DNA of 64,000 nucleotides from Novakomyces olei. Lineage: Eukaryota. The position numbers were made by a program, and so were the translations under genes. A model generated the notes under the pieces. It was given only the letters and a program-made list of their open reading frames with translations. It was not told the origin of the DNA and ran no database searches. How positions within the stretch are numbered: position 1 is the stretch's first letter; the number at the start of each line of letters is the position of its first letter. This document shows positions 26,486-38,696 of this stretch, piece by piece. The stretch lies in assembly GCA_016906335.1 (NCBI GenBank), contig JADEYG010000003.1, positions 1,302,001 through 1,366,000 on the forward strand, written 5' to 3'.

Positions 26486-28792
26486 TCATATCGGTATAAA
26501 TCGTCGGACACGTAACTTTTTCCGCTTTTTCTGTTTACTCGATCGTTTAAACTCCTTGAAACGAGGGTTGAGTCGGTGCACACTCGACCAAATCTGAGGC
26601 GATATTTCACGCGGCAGTTTCTTGCCGCGCAAACACTGATCAACGAACCAAGTTCCGACTATAAACTCCTCCCGATCAAGCGCACCGCACTTGTGTCTGT
26701 CTACAAGCCTCCATATTCGTGAAAGCTGCTCATCCGGAAGATTACTGCGTCTCCATAGTTCCCGGACGACGATGTTAGATACCAAATCTTTTGCCTTGAG
26801 AGACGCTGGTAATAAAGCATTCTTCAAAGAAATTAAAGACTTTGAAGACGGGCCGTGTGATCCTTTTTCACCGCTAGATTCATCACTATCATCGTCATCG
26901 TCGTCATCGTCATCATCGTCGCCGCCGTCTATTTCGGGTAAAAGTTTATTTGATAAAAGTCGATTGCTCACAGCCTCCTGAACTTCAGGACTGGCCAGCA
27001 TGGCCAATTGAGCCATCGTAGAACTGACCCAAAGGCCCTTATTGGCCGCCCAAAGCCCCTCATAACGTCGCTTTTCCGCGTCCGTAATTACACTTTTACT
27101 ACGTAAATGTGGATGCTGATGACCAGCACGATAAACTTTCCCAGTTTTGCCTGGATCCAGATTTGTGGCCTTGTTGCTGTCGTCCGAATCTTTTCGAAGA
27201 CTTTTGAGTATTGTTTGCTTTGAAGGGTTTCGTTTCCTGCGATTGGCTAAAGGCTGATCGTCTGCAGAAGAAGAAGCATTTGGAAAAGTACCACCCACTG
27301 CCCCCTGGTCAATATTGGCTTTGGCCGCTGCCTTTCTCGCCAGATACTCGTACAGCTCTGCACTCGAGTTCATTGAATCTTTTCTATACGAATCCTTTCT
27401 GTACGTAAGATTATCTGCTTCAGGTGCTACACGAAGAGCACCCGTTGAAGCTGCAAATCCTGGATATTGATAGGGTAAAAGGTGGGCAGCACTTTTTGCA
27501 GCTGTCGGAGCACTAGAGGGAGTAATTACAGAATCCTGAGCTGGAGCAAAGCTCGGTAAATCGATAACTGATTTCGAGCCTTGAGGACTTGTGTCAACTA
27601 AGTCGTAAAACTCGTCAGCAGAATTGTCAGTGCCACTAATAAATTGCTCAGCGTTATAATAAGGATAGTGCCTTTCTACACCCGCAAATCCGCCATCTGT
27701 CTCTCTCTGTTGCCGAGCCTCTGTGTCCGACGAGGGGAGAATAGAGACCGAGTTGAGAGCAGCTTGTTTAGAAAAGATTGAACCAAAATTTGGAGGCGAT
27801 TGTTGATGTTGAAGGGGACTTGAATAAGACGTAGTAGCACTTGCGTTAGTATTAGCATTAGCAGCGGCCGTGGTTGCCGCCGCTGCTGCTGCTGCTCCGA
27901 CCGCAGACAAACTGCCTTCTTTAATTGGACCCGGTCTCTTTGCTGCAGCCGCAGTTGTTGCAGCCGCAGTTGAAGAAGACGATACTTCTTCAGAATTATG
28001 TTCAGCCGAGCTATGGTCCAATGAAAGCACAGACCGGTTAGACGGAGGTGAAAGTGCTACTTGCTGTGGTTCCTCTGTATAAATATGCTCCTGACTGCGG
28101 TCATTAGGTGCAGAAGCAGAAGTAGCAGCAATGATCTCCTCAATTCGTCGACGAGCTGCCTCCTGCTCTTCCAGCTGGCGCTGCTGTTCTGCTAGCAAAA
28201 GCGCTTTACGTTCTTTTTGTAGGGCTACACTGTTAATAGCAGCGGCACTAGCAGACTCTGAGCCTCGAGTGCCTATATCAAATTTTCGGTTCTGTGAAGA
28301 ATTTGATCCCTGGCGTTGTTGTTTTTGCTGAGCAGTTATTGATTTGTTGTTTAAAGAAGGACTACGACTGCTAGCCAGCTTCGCTGCTTCCATTGCACCA
28401 TTCTCATTACTCGAAGCGGGCCCAGTTTCGTCAGCAGCTTCATAGCCCCGATCGTCGTCATGAAACTGCAGCACTCTGCTGAAGCTGGAAGACAGAGAGT
28501 TGCCAAGAGGCGGTGCAGTTTTAGCTTTTGTGCCTGGAGAGCGCGACGTCTCATTTACGCCTCGAGACCTTGCTGCACCGGAGGCAGCTATCCGCATAGC
28601 CGCATCCAGAGCGCCACTACGAGCTTCCACAGTTCCTTGGGTCTGGTTACGCTGGCTCGTGTTCTTTGTACTACTTGAAATACTAGCCGAGGGCGAAAGC
28701 GTGTTGAAGCTCTTTAGTGCCGCTGCTGCTGCTCTATTAGTGCCTGAAGGCACAGGCCTTGCTTTTGCCTGCTGAGCAGAGCTCGAGCTCAT
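26486..28792 (-). CDS. EH-domain protein, Irs4/Tax4-like
   Basis: EKRRYEGLWAANKG and C-terminal EH domain (NIVVRELWRRSNLP..L..IW.LVD....G.LDREEFIVG.W.VDQCLRGKKLP); first in-frame ATG at 28792. Confidence 0.85.
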   Translation of the reverse strand: MSSSSAQQAKARPVPSGTNRAAAAALKSFNTLSPSASISSSTKNTSQRNQTQGTVEARSGALDAAMRIAASGAARSRGVNETSRSPGTKAKTAPPLGNSLSSSFSRVLQFHDDDRGYEAADETGPASSNENGAMEAAKLASSRSPSLNNKSITAQQKQQRQGSNSSQNRKFDIGTRGSESASAAAINSVALQKERKALLLAEQQRQLEEQEAARRRIEEIIAATSASAPNDRSQEHIYTEEPQQVALSPPSNRSVLSLDHSSAEHNSEEVSSSSTAAATTAAAAKRPGPIKEGSLSAVGAAAAAAATTAAANANTNASATTSYSSPLQHQQSPPNFGSIFSKQAALNSVSILPSSDTEARQQRETDGGFAGVERHYPYYNAEQFISGTDNSADEFYDLVDTSPQGSKSVIDLPSFAPAQDSVITPSSAPTAAKSAAHLLPYQYPGFAASTGALRVAPEADNLTYRKDSYRKDSMNSSAELYEYLARKAAAKANIDQGAVGGTFPNASSSADDQPLANRRKRNPSKQTILKSLRKDSDDSNKATNLDPGKTGKVYRAGHQHPHLRSKSVITDAEKRRYEGLWAANKGLWVSSTMAQLAMLASPEVQEAVSNRLLSNKLLPEIDGGDDDDDDDDDDDSDESSGEKGSHGPSSKSLISLKNALLPASLKAKDLVSNIVVRELWRRSNLPDEQLSRIWRLVDRHKCGALDREEFIVGTWFVDQCLRGKKLPREISPQIWSSVHRLNPRFKEFKRSSKQKKRKKLRVRRFIPI

Positions 28793-29165
28793 GCCTGAAG
28801 GGGACAAACGGTCTATGCCATCCCGCTCAACTTGAGATCAATTGGAGATTATTTTGTGGTTCATGTTGTATGAGGGCTCACGTTCTTTTGTATAGCGTAA
28901 AAATATAGTATACGGTATACATTATGCGTATAATCTGCTATACTATATAACCAGCAGTATGTAATTTGTGTCTATAAATTACAGCCGTACATTAAACAAA
29001 TGAACGCATAAATAATGTACAAATTAATTGCTAGTACCGCCAATAGGATCCAAGTATTTGCTTCTCATCGTTGTGACGTAGATCAATATAGGCAAAACTA
29101 TTCGTAAAGGCTGTTTAGACTATCAAGACTGGCGACTGACTGGGCTTTTTATTGATGGTGTACGC

Positions 29166-32100
29166 ATGTCGGCCATGGAGGCAGAAGGGCCAAACGACTT
29201 ACCAGCCGAATCGGTAGACGATTTTGATATAGAACCACCGCAAAATCACGGTAGTTCTCCACCGTTTCGTGAATTGGTTACAACGCTCCTGGAGCCGCTT
29301 GAAAGTCGGCCTTACTCGCGCTTTGGAGGCACTCGCGCGGCAAAAGCCAGCCGTGCGGATGTCATTAACCGCTTTATCAAACGCTGGCGCAAAGATGTTG
29401 GGCCCAACATCTACCCTGCTTTTCGTTTAGGTACAAGTGCTCTTTAAACAACCTGTTAATTTGCTAACAGACTGATGTGTATAGTTATGCCTGATGTAAG
29501 CCACGGATTATATTTGAAATGCCGTTTCTAAATTTGCACAGAAAGATAAAGACCGACCTATGTATGGCATCAAGGAAGCTGTACTAGGCCGAATTCTCAC
29601 AAAGGCAAGCAATCCGTATTTTGTGGTATGCTAATATCATTCAACAGGCTCTGCGAATAAGTCCACAATCGGAAGACGCACAGAATTTGAAGAATTGGAA
29701 GCAGCCTGGGCAGGTAAGTGATGATCACAAAAACAAATTCTGAACTACCTTATCAGTGGCGTATGTTTCTAAGTCATTTGTAGTCTCGCTCAGCGGGAAA
29801 TTTTGCCGGACGAGCTTATGGTAAGATTTTAGAAACAAGACCAGACTACGGAAGCAAGCATGAACGAATTAAAGTCTTCTAATTTCCACCGATAGAGTTG
29901 CTTGAAAAAAGGCCATTGCGTATGGAATGGAGCAATTACACTGTGGATGATATCAATGATATCTTGGACCAAATATCTCAGGCTACTAAAGAGTAAATTA
30001 TTTGTTCAAATAAAAAAAACATATTTTGATTGCTGCAGGGATGCTCAGAGGCCGATTATCGAAAATTTGTATGAAAGCATGTGTCCTATTGAACTCAAGT
30101 GGATCATAAAAATCATCCTTAAATGTATGCTTAAACTATGTTTTGCAGATTCTTGCTAACACAATTATAGCGACGAAAATTGGGGCTACTGAAAAAACAA
30201 TATTAAATTTTTTTCACCCAGATGCGGCAAAACTTTACAATGTATGTTCTTCTCTTAGAAGAGTTTGCTGGGAGCTATACGACCCTAATAAGCGTCTGGA
30301 GAGCGAGCTATCAGATGTTAGACCCTTCCAATGCTTTATACCACAATTTGCGAATTTTAAAAAGCACAAACTTGAGCAGACAATAGCAAAATTCAACGGT
30401 AAACCCTTCTGGATAGAGGAGAAACTTGATGGTGAAAGAATTCAGCTGCACATGGTTAACGGGCAATTTCGCTTCTTTTCGAGACGCGCTACTGATTACA
30501 CGTATCTTTACGGTGAATCATACGATGATGAAACAGGCGCTTTGGCCAAATATTTACGAAATGCCTTTGTTGAGGGTGTAAACGAGGTAATTTTAGACGG
30601 CGAAATGATCACATGGGATCCATTAGAGGAAGCACGAGTACCTTTTGGCAGTCTCAAATCTGCTGCTCTTGGAGAAAAAGAAACGCTTTGGAGCAATACA
30701 AACAATCAACGTCCCTGCTTTATAATGTTTGATATTCTTTACCTCAACGGAACTTCGCTGGTTGATTATACATTACGAGAGCGTCGGAAAGCTCTGCACA
30801 GAATTATTCGGCCGATAGATAAACGTTTTGAAGTGATTCATCATGTTGAAGCAGTTTCCGTCAGGGAAATAGAGACAATGCTTAAAAACGTAGTGGAGGA
30901 GGCTTCTGAAGGCCTCGTGATTAAAGACACAAGCGCTCCTTACTGTGTAAATGAACGCAATGATACTTGGATCAAAGTAAAGCCAGAGTATATGATGGAG
31001 TTTGGAGAGAATCTTGATCTGCTTGTTATCGGCGGTTACTTTGGCAGTGGCCGGAGAGGTGGACGATTGGCCTCCTTTTTGTGTGGGCTTCGTGTAGACG
31101 GAGAAAATGGTGGAAAAAACACAGAACAAATGAAGTTTTATTCATTTTGTAGAGTTGGTGGCGGGTTCAGTGCTGGCAATTACACAGAGATATCTCAAGC
31201 TACTCAAGGCCAATGGCAGCCTTGGGATGCTGTCAGGGCGGGCAAGTATTTTGAGTTTGCAGCCAATTACCGCTGGAAACCGGATCAGTGGATTCAGCCG
31301 GACAAGTCAGTTGTGTTTCAGATTAAAGCAGCACAGCCGATCCCATCTGATCTTTTTCGGACTGGAATAACCCTAAGGTTCCCACGATTTCAGAGGCTTC
31401 GGGAGGACAAGGACTGGACTACTTGTCTGTCAATTCATGGGTTTCATGATCTTCGCTTGGAAGTGGAAAAAGAAGTACAAGAACAGGAACAGGAGCGTCG
31501 AATGACTGTCGAAAGGAAAAGACCCGCAAAACGGATCAAACGTGACTTTAATGTATTAGGCGCTGAATTGAGCTCGCAAAAAGACGATAATAGCAACACT
31601 GAGCAGGGGGCACAGGCACAAAGTCTGATATTTGCAGGGATTAAAGCATGCATTGTTACAGACGCGAGTGATATACATAAAACAAAACAGCAACTCGAAA
31701 CTATTGTAAAGGCAGGTGGTGGAGAGGTCTATCAAAGCCTTGATTCCCAACCTAATATGATCTTGATCGCCACGAAACTTACATTTTCCCTTACTGCGTT
31801 TCTTAAGAAGCATGATCAGTCGGTCATCAGACCACAATGGCTTTTGGCTTGTGTTGCTTCTGGAGAGCTGATGCCGTGCCAGACTCGAGACTTTCTTGAA
31901 ATTTCATCCAGAGATCGAAAACGGCTAAAGAAGGACACAGATCCTTTTGGCGACAGTTACAATGCGAACACGACAGCTGATACTTTAAAGAGGGTATTAG
32001 ATTCAGAGGCGTTTGGCGAAAATTTTGCCAACAGCTCTGTTAATAACGTTGCTTGTAAAATGGAAAAGTTGATGCTTGATGAACCCGAATTTTACGGTTT

Positions 32101-32548
32101 CCCTCAGTGGGCATTGCTTCCTTGTGTGATCTACGTCGAGGATAAGGAGGACAAAATTTCCAGATGTATTGTTTTGGCGTTGGACGGAAAACTTGCAACG
32201 AGCGTCGATGATTCTGCTCTTACACATATTGTGCTAAATGATTCCCGGGACAAGACAAAAATTCAAGATATTCGTAAAGAAATTTCAAGGTACGTCATAT
32301 CTCATTTTGACTAGAGCTCACCATGAACAGGAAGGCAAAAATCCCAAAGCTTATTCGAAAGGATTGGCTTTGGCAGTGTTGGCAATGTAAAACTTTTGTA
32401 GATGATGATAGTAAGGATTTACTGACTTTTTATTTATTTTGTTTTGTTTGTAATCAAGTCTCTGTTTCTCTTGGATCACATCTACTTGATATTCTCTCTT
32501 TTTTGTCTCAAACTCAAAGCTTTTCTAGATTTCACTTGCTGTTGCTGA
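29166..32548 (+). CDS. DNL4: DNA ligase IV (about 10 exons; last exon/stop uncertain)
   Basis: EEKLDGER adenylation motif, EGLVIK, WIKVKPEY, LRFPRF and tandem BRCT-like C-terminus. The exon chain was reconstructed in frame from ATG 29166. Confidence 0.93.
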
Positions 32549-32620
32549 ACAATAGTGTTTTGGATTTAAAAACCGGCTTTCAATCTCGAAATAATTCAAT
32601 TAAAGCATTCAATAAAATAT

Positions 32621-33872
32621 CTATTTTAAAGAGCTGATGGCAGCTTGGTATTTCTGAAGTTTATTGAGTAAAACATCTCCCTGTCGTATGACTTCCTGAT
32701 ATTGCCGATTCTTTTCATCGGGCCGGTTGGTCTCAATAATGCCATTGACGCGATCGATAACACAATTTAATTTCTTTTCGGGAATAAATGTTGAGAGATC
32801 ATTGTCCAAAAATTCGGGAGTCACTCCAAATGCAGATGCCATACTTTTAATGCTTAATGCTCGGTAGCTCTAAATAATAAAAATTAGTAAATAACAATAT
32901 TTCTCAATAATATATATAAAAGCCGATAATTACCTCTAATAATTGCGCGTAGCCTCGCCGACGCATTTCACGCACATAGTATCGAGTATGAGGGTACAAG
33001 TACCGGCTCGTTTTCAAGTGTTCTTGTTCGACCTTAGCTAAAGCTTTGAAAAACCCGGCATAATCACATAGATACAAACTGTTTACGCAACCCTCGAGAC
33101 TAGCCAGTTTTGTGTCAGACGGGAGTATTGCAAGTACTTCGGGACTATCAACAATTTTACGTTTCATATCCACACGTGACAACGAAATTGTGCCAGAAAT
33201 TACGGCAAATTTAACAATATCGTTGTAAGAAACTAATTCAGTGCTCGAGAAAGTGGATATACTGTCCAGCAGAAGATTTGCAGCTCCCGGAAAATCGCGG
33301 CAGTAAAGTTTGTACAGCCCATCATACGCACGCATTCGGTTGCGACGGTCCCAGTCGCCGCCCTCCTCAATAAGCACATTAGCCTTTGATAATGTCGATC
33401 CCACAACTGCCCACTCTGAGAAAAAGAGCGCTAGACGAACAATGCCAAAGAGCAAATCTATTCGGGTACCAAGCGTAGCTGTTCGATCAAATGCTGCCTG
33501 ATAAGCAGCCATTCCGTTTTCCTTGTCTAGTATTTTGGCCAAATATTCAGCTTTCAAACGAAAAGCCTCAGTCACCTCATGTTCCCCATTCATCTCCTCT
33601 GCTTGCTTGATACTTTTTTCCAGTTTCGCAAGCTCTTCGCTATTGGCCTTCGCATACTGCTCATAAAGGGCAGCATCCCAGCTGATTTTGTCTCTAGTCG
33701 CATGGTTCTCATGCAAAAATAAGTACAATGGAGCCAACTTGTCTTTATTTATCGCATCCAAGAGCGCCGTTTTCGCCGCTTCGTGTTCCGACACTAAATG
33801 CGGCATGCTTAGTGTAAAAACATGGTCGGCCAAGGAAAGATCGGGAATCGAAGGAATTGAAGCTTCTGCCAT
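32621..33872 (-). CDS. RPN7: 26S proteasome lid subunit Rpn7 (2 exons)
   Basis: GGDWDRRNR, YYVREMRRR and PCI C-terminus LNCVIDRVNGIIETNRPD. Confidence 0.95.
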
Positions 33873-34151
33873 AGCTGACAAGTTCAATAAACCGTTGAGT
33901 TTGTTCCTTTCAAGTGCTCCTATAATAGCGACGCCTTCGTCTACAGGAGCTGACGTGTCGTATATGTATGTATGACTAGACCAGATTTGTATGTTTAGAT
34001 AATAGTCCACTGGTTTACTGGTTTATCTGCGTCATCGAAATCGTGTATACTATATTTATGGGTATCGCACAGAGAGCGCAATAATTCCATTGAGTCAATA
34101 ATTTTTACCTTTAAATTGGCCACTCCACATTATTGAGTTAAAGCGCGCAGG

Positions 34152-34805
34152 ATGAGATCAATAATTGGCAGCAATTTGACGACAGAGCGTCAACGTGCGC
34201 TACCAGAATTATGCCCGCGGAGTATTTACAATGCAGAATTAACAAAGGATATTGTTAAAATCTCAAGCCCATGCTTACGCGCAGGGCTCTACCTCATTAA
34301 TGATGGTAATTACATTTGGAATTAGTACTTGGACTTCTAATACTGGCAGACATTAGCAATGCACATGTACGCTTAAATTAAATGATAATCCTAATGGCTA
34401 AATTATGGCCGTTCTTAGATGGTCTATATTTCCGTTTTGTCTCTACTGTTTTATTTCTGTTCTGCTCACACAAATGACAGGAAACGGCGCAGGCTTTCGA
34501 TAACGATACGGCAAATTACTGGCATGCAATTTTGCACAGACGCGAAGGTGACTTTTGGAATAGCAAGTATGAACTTGTACTTAGTTTTAGCTAAAAAATT
34601 TAGATGGTGGCTATCACGAATCTCGCATCCTGTGCTGCAAAAGGTTTGGGCTCAGGGCGGTAGCATATCACAAGCCCGCCAAAAGGCTAAAGCCTTTGTG
34701 GACGAGTGTCAGACGGCCACGTCAGCTTCTGAACAGGATTTGAAAGCCAAGCAGTGGGAAGAAATGAGCGCCTTGTTGGCGTACTGTGATGAACATACCG
34801 TATAA
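34152..34805 (+). CDS. Conserved-looking uncharacterised 152-aa protein with YWHAILHRREGDFWNSKWW motif (exons 34152-34305, 34350-34366, 34481-34566, 34604-34805)
   Basis: Three GT-AG introns with branch points join exons in frame: ...LRAGLYLINDDISNAHETAQAFDNDTANYWHAILHRREGDFWNSKWWLSRISHP... The ORF track does not give this frame. Confidence 0.8.
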
Positions 34806-34922
34806 CATATTTGTACAGGGTGCCTTAGCAGGGGTAAAGAATGATATGCCAGATTGTAGATTATTAATATAATGTTTTCGAAAATAAATTGTTCAAATCC
34901 GCCAAGTATCCGTTTATACGCT

Positions 34923-35773
34923 CTAATTTTCTTCCTCGTCAATCTCGGAGTCATCATGTTCATCGCTGTCATCATCATCAGCTTGCAGCTTGATAACCTT
35001 TGACGAACTCTTATCATAGTACGCCTTTAGCTTGATACGAAATTCACTCATAACAATTCCAAAGTGTTTTAATAAATGCGTTTGTCGAGAATCAAGAGTT
35101 TGGCCCTTGCGACAAATTTCATGATCTTCAAGAACGTGAATCACGCCATTTTTCAACGATGTTGGGAGCCCTAGTTGTCGAAACTGAGGCTCCATAGTGT
35201 GAGACACCAAGTAGTCGTCTTCAATCGGAATCGTACCGGCCCTAGAATACAGAGGGCCTTGAGGGACTATGATCGTGTCGGTCGCCTTTGTGCCGGCACG
35301 GGCGTAATCACTTTTTACAAAAGTCTCAAAATAAGACTTGACAACATCCGGTTCTTCGTTCGTTGCTAATAATCCCATGTTGCCTTTTAAAATACTTGAG
35401 AGTTCGTGTAAATTTTCGCTGTACTCTTCCTCTCTACTAGTCCCTAATGCCTTTGCCATCACTTTGATTTTCCCAAAAAAAATTCGGCTTCCCCGCCAAT
35501 CTTCACGAACTGTTTTCAGGTATGTATTGCGCATGTTTGCGACAGAAAAAGCCCAAAGCTTTATCACATGTTAGCCACATAAAATATTTCAGCAATTTTT
35601 GTTACATATTTATTCTCATCCACAGCATCTTGCAATGCGCCAAAAAGCAATTGCTTTCCTTCTTGTCCTTTCTTCTCCGTTTTTGTGAGTGAAACTGAAA
35701 AGCGTTAGCGGGACAATGTCTTCAGCCAATCCGAATAGAGCATACCAATCTTGTTCCTTCTTGAGCGCGGCAT
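34923..35773 (-). CDS. MRT4: Ribosome assembly factor Mrt4 (3 exons)
   Basis: MPRSRRNK start, NMRNTYLK, FFGK.KVM.KALG, EPQFRQLGLPT. Confidence 0.95.
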
Positions 35774-36255
35774 TTCGATTAGAGCAGAATAATATTTTTT
35801 TTTCGTAATAAAAAAAAAAGAATTTTAAAATATTGATATGTTATTTTAAAGTGCTACTAACAACGTATCTAATAACTTCATGTTCAAGTAAAGTTATATG
35901 TACGGTCCAGACATCTCTATTATTATATTTATTAATATTAATATGATATATAATGTATTTCTAATCTAACATATTATTAGTACAGAAACTTTCTGCGCTC
36001 CACAGACATCTTATAAACATTACAGAAAAAAGTCTCTTGTCAGTAGCTGTTCCTTAACTGTTGCTCTGTTTACAGATTGGTATTGTGAGGCTACTTGAGC
36101 AGGATGAGATATTTGTCAGTTGAGCGCTCGCTGCATTATGACAAATTGTGAGAAGCAATGTATAATGCCATATGATTTTACATTATGCATTGACTTATTG
36201 AATAAATTAGGTCGTCTTTTAAATACGCAGTTGAGACTGTTGCCTCATCATCATT

Positions 36256-37352
36256 ATGTTACAATCAATAATCCGCTCTTTTTGTGAGAAGACCGGGTGG
36301 AATTATGAAAACTCATATACTGAACTGGACGCGACTGCAAGCAATGTACTGGATTTCTCAGTCCGGGGAGGTTGTAATTTGGAAGTACTCTCACCTCTTG
36401 AATCTACTGGATTAGCTTCATGTGGAAATCTCTCAGCAGTGCCGATTCTTCATGGATCTTTGGCTTACCTTTGGTCTACAATAAAATGGGACTCTCCGCC
36501 TATTATCGGCTTCAAAGCGGTGACTGTTCCTGCTTACAGGCAACTGAAAATGCCTTTAGCACCACCTGATGCAATGTACTGGCAAAGACACAATATCAAA
36601 CGAGATGTCTTGTTGTATGGTCGCCTTTTTCTCCCGCAAAACAGATTAGATGCCCTAGTGTTGCGAAGAATTTCTCCAGATACCCAAGCAACTCTAAGGT
36701 ACGCTTCTTGCACAATCCCTCTGCCTGAGGCTACAATGACTGCTGAATTGCAGAAGGATGTTGGCAAGTGGAACGTGGAAGGAATTTACAGCACTGCAGA
36801 CTCTGTTCTTGGCCTTCGTGGTTTGTTTAATTTCGGTCCTGATCCCCGGAAATACCGATTTGTTACCGCCAGTCCAAACTATCCACCTCAAGGTATTTTG
36901 AGTGCTGGTGCCGAGCTATACTATGGTCTATCAAACAAAAACGCTGGGAGTAAGATTGGATTCTTTTTGATCCATTAAACTGATAAATAGTTTCCACTGG
37001 AATACGATATACGACATTACCGAATTACTCTCTGAACCCGGTCACCATGACTTTGGTTGTCAACCCTTTGATGGGACATGTCTCTGCGGCTTATTCTACA
37101 AAGCTGCGCGACAGCTATACTGCCTACAGCACGAGATACACGTACAATGTTTATTCGTATGAGAGTCGCCTGGACGTAGGTCTGGAGAGCTGGAATGAGC
37201 ATGGAGTGGCAAAGGCTAGCGTTGGTACTAACAAGTCAATGAGAGTATCCTGGGCATGTCGATGGAAGCAGCTTGTTTTAAATTTTGGTCTTCATGTGGG
37301 GCTGGACGGTGTACGATCAGCCGGTATGGAATTAAAGTATCATCATACTTAA
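36256..37352 (+). CDS. MDM10: Mitochondrial distribution and morphology protein 10 (ERMES/SAM beta-barrel; 2 exons)
   Basis: TGWNYENSY, GSLAYL, LLYGRLFLP...LDAL, D.GKW..E.IYST...LG.RGL.NF, SAGAELYY, NPLMGH, Y.YNVYSYES. Confidence 0.9.
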
Positions 37353-37690
37353 CAAACAAATTATAGATGTTGTAATAGAAGCTGTATATTATTTTATGGC
37401 AAGCTATTTCACTAAATTCCTGGGCAAACATTTTCTAGAATATATTGCTTAGTATCCTCGTCTTGCCCGTATAATTATTGCTCATATGTTAATATAATAG
37501 GCGACTATAAAAAGCTTGGAAAATTGAACTTCATTATCTATGGAGAAAGAGGAATAACTAGACTTGTCGGTAATTAGCAGCACATTGGTACTTGTCCTAG
37601 CCTTGTCCGGCAAAATCCTGTGCGAGGTGGGGCATCCTGTGAACTAAATTTTGTGTTGATAGATTTTGTCATGATCAGCTTTTTGCTATA

Positions 37691-38397
37691 ATGTCGGATG
37701 AAGTTGACCGACTTTTGAAACGAACTGAGACGCAGTTTGACAATGTATATTACATTTTGATTTTCGTTTACTAAACAGAAAACAGGAGCGAGAAATAAAG
37801 CGTATTTTAAATGCTTTCAAGCTCAATGCTTATGAGGTTCTGGGTATTACGCCCGGAATATCTGACGACGATATTCGCAATTTGTATCGCCGGAAATCGT
37901 TGTTGCTCCATCCCGATAGAAATCGAAACAATGCAGAGGCTGCTGCGGCTGCTTTCGACAAGCTCAAAAAGGCAGAGGCTGAATTATTAGATGTCAAAAG
38001 GCGTGAGCAGCTTGATTCTGCTTGGGTTGACGCTCGAAACCTTTTAATTCGGGAGCGGAAGCTAAGTCGCGATGATGACAAGGAGTTTCTTTCTAGCAGT
38101 GAATTTTTGGCAGATTTACATGTGAAATGGCGCGAGGTATTAATTGAGGACGAATTACGATTACGGAAAAAGCGTCAGATTGCTATGGCGGAAGAAGGCA
38201 GGCAGCTTGCGCGCGAAGAGGAAGAAATCGCAGAGCGAACACGTAAAGTGAAGGAAAAAGAAGCCTGGGAAGCCACGCGAGATAACCGTGTACAAAACTG
38301 GCGTAGTTTTCGAGGAAAACCTTCGACAAATAGTTCGTCGGAGCTCTCAGGAAAGCCTCCTCCAAAAAAGAAGAAAAAGCCACAGCTATTAGGATAA
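37691..38397 (+). CDS. DNAJC8/Spf31-like J-domain protein (intron 37745-37785)
   Basis: FKLNAYEVL, YRRKSLLLHPD, WEATRDNRVQNWRSF. Confidence 0.9.
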
Positions 38398-38696
38398 GGA
38401 TACACGTTTTGAACTTCTTTAAATTTGTTACTTATATCATAGCAGACTACTTTAATCTGCCAAAGAATCCAAATATGCAAAGATGAAGAAAAATAAAATA
38501 TTTACAAATAAAAGGGATGGCGGAAAAAAAAAGAGATGGTGAGTGAATTGGAACAGAAACAAATTGCTGATTAAATGAAGTACAAATATTAATAACAGCG
38601 ATCCGTCACACAATTAATAAGAACCGTATTTCGCCTTAAACCATAGAACAAAGAAGAAAAATCAAAAACATCCCATAATCAATAAACTAACACCCG

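Noticed and set aside
28813-28821. uORF ATG-GCA-TAG upstream of the EH-domain gene
   Set aside because: A two-codon uORF is common by chance and the TSS is unknown.
29757-29760. Possible 4-nt micro-exon (CAG|TGGC|GTATGT) in ligase IV
   Set aside because: Would leave a 23-nt intron and break the frame; a single intron 29714-29783 fits.
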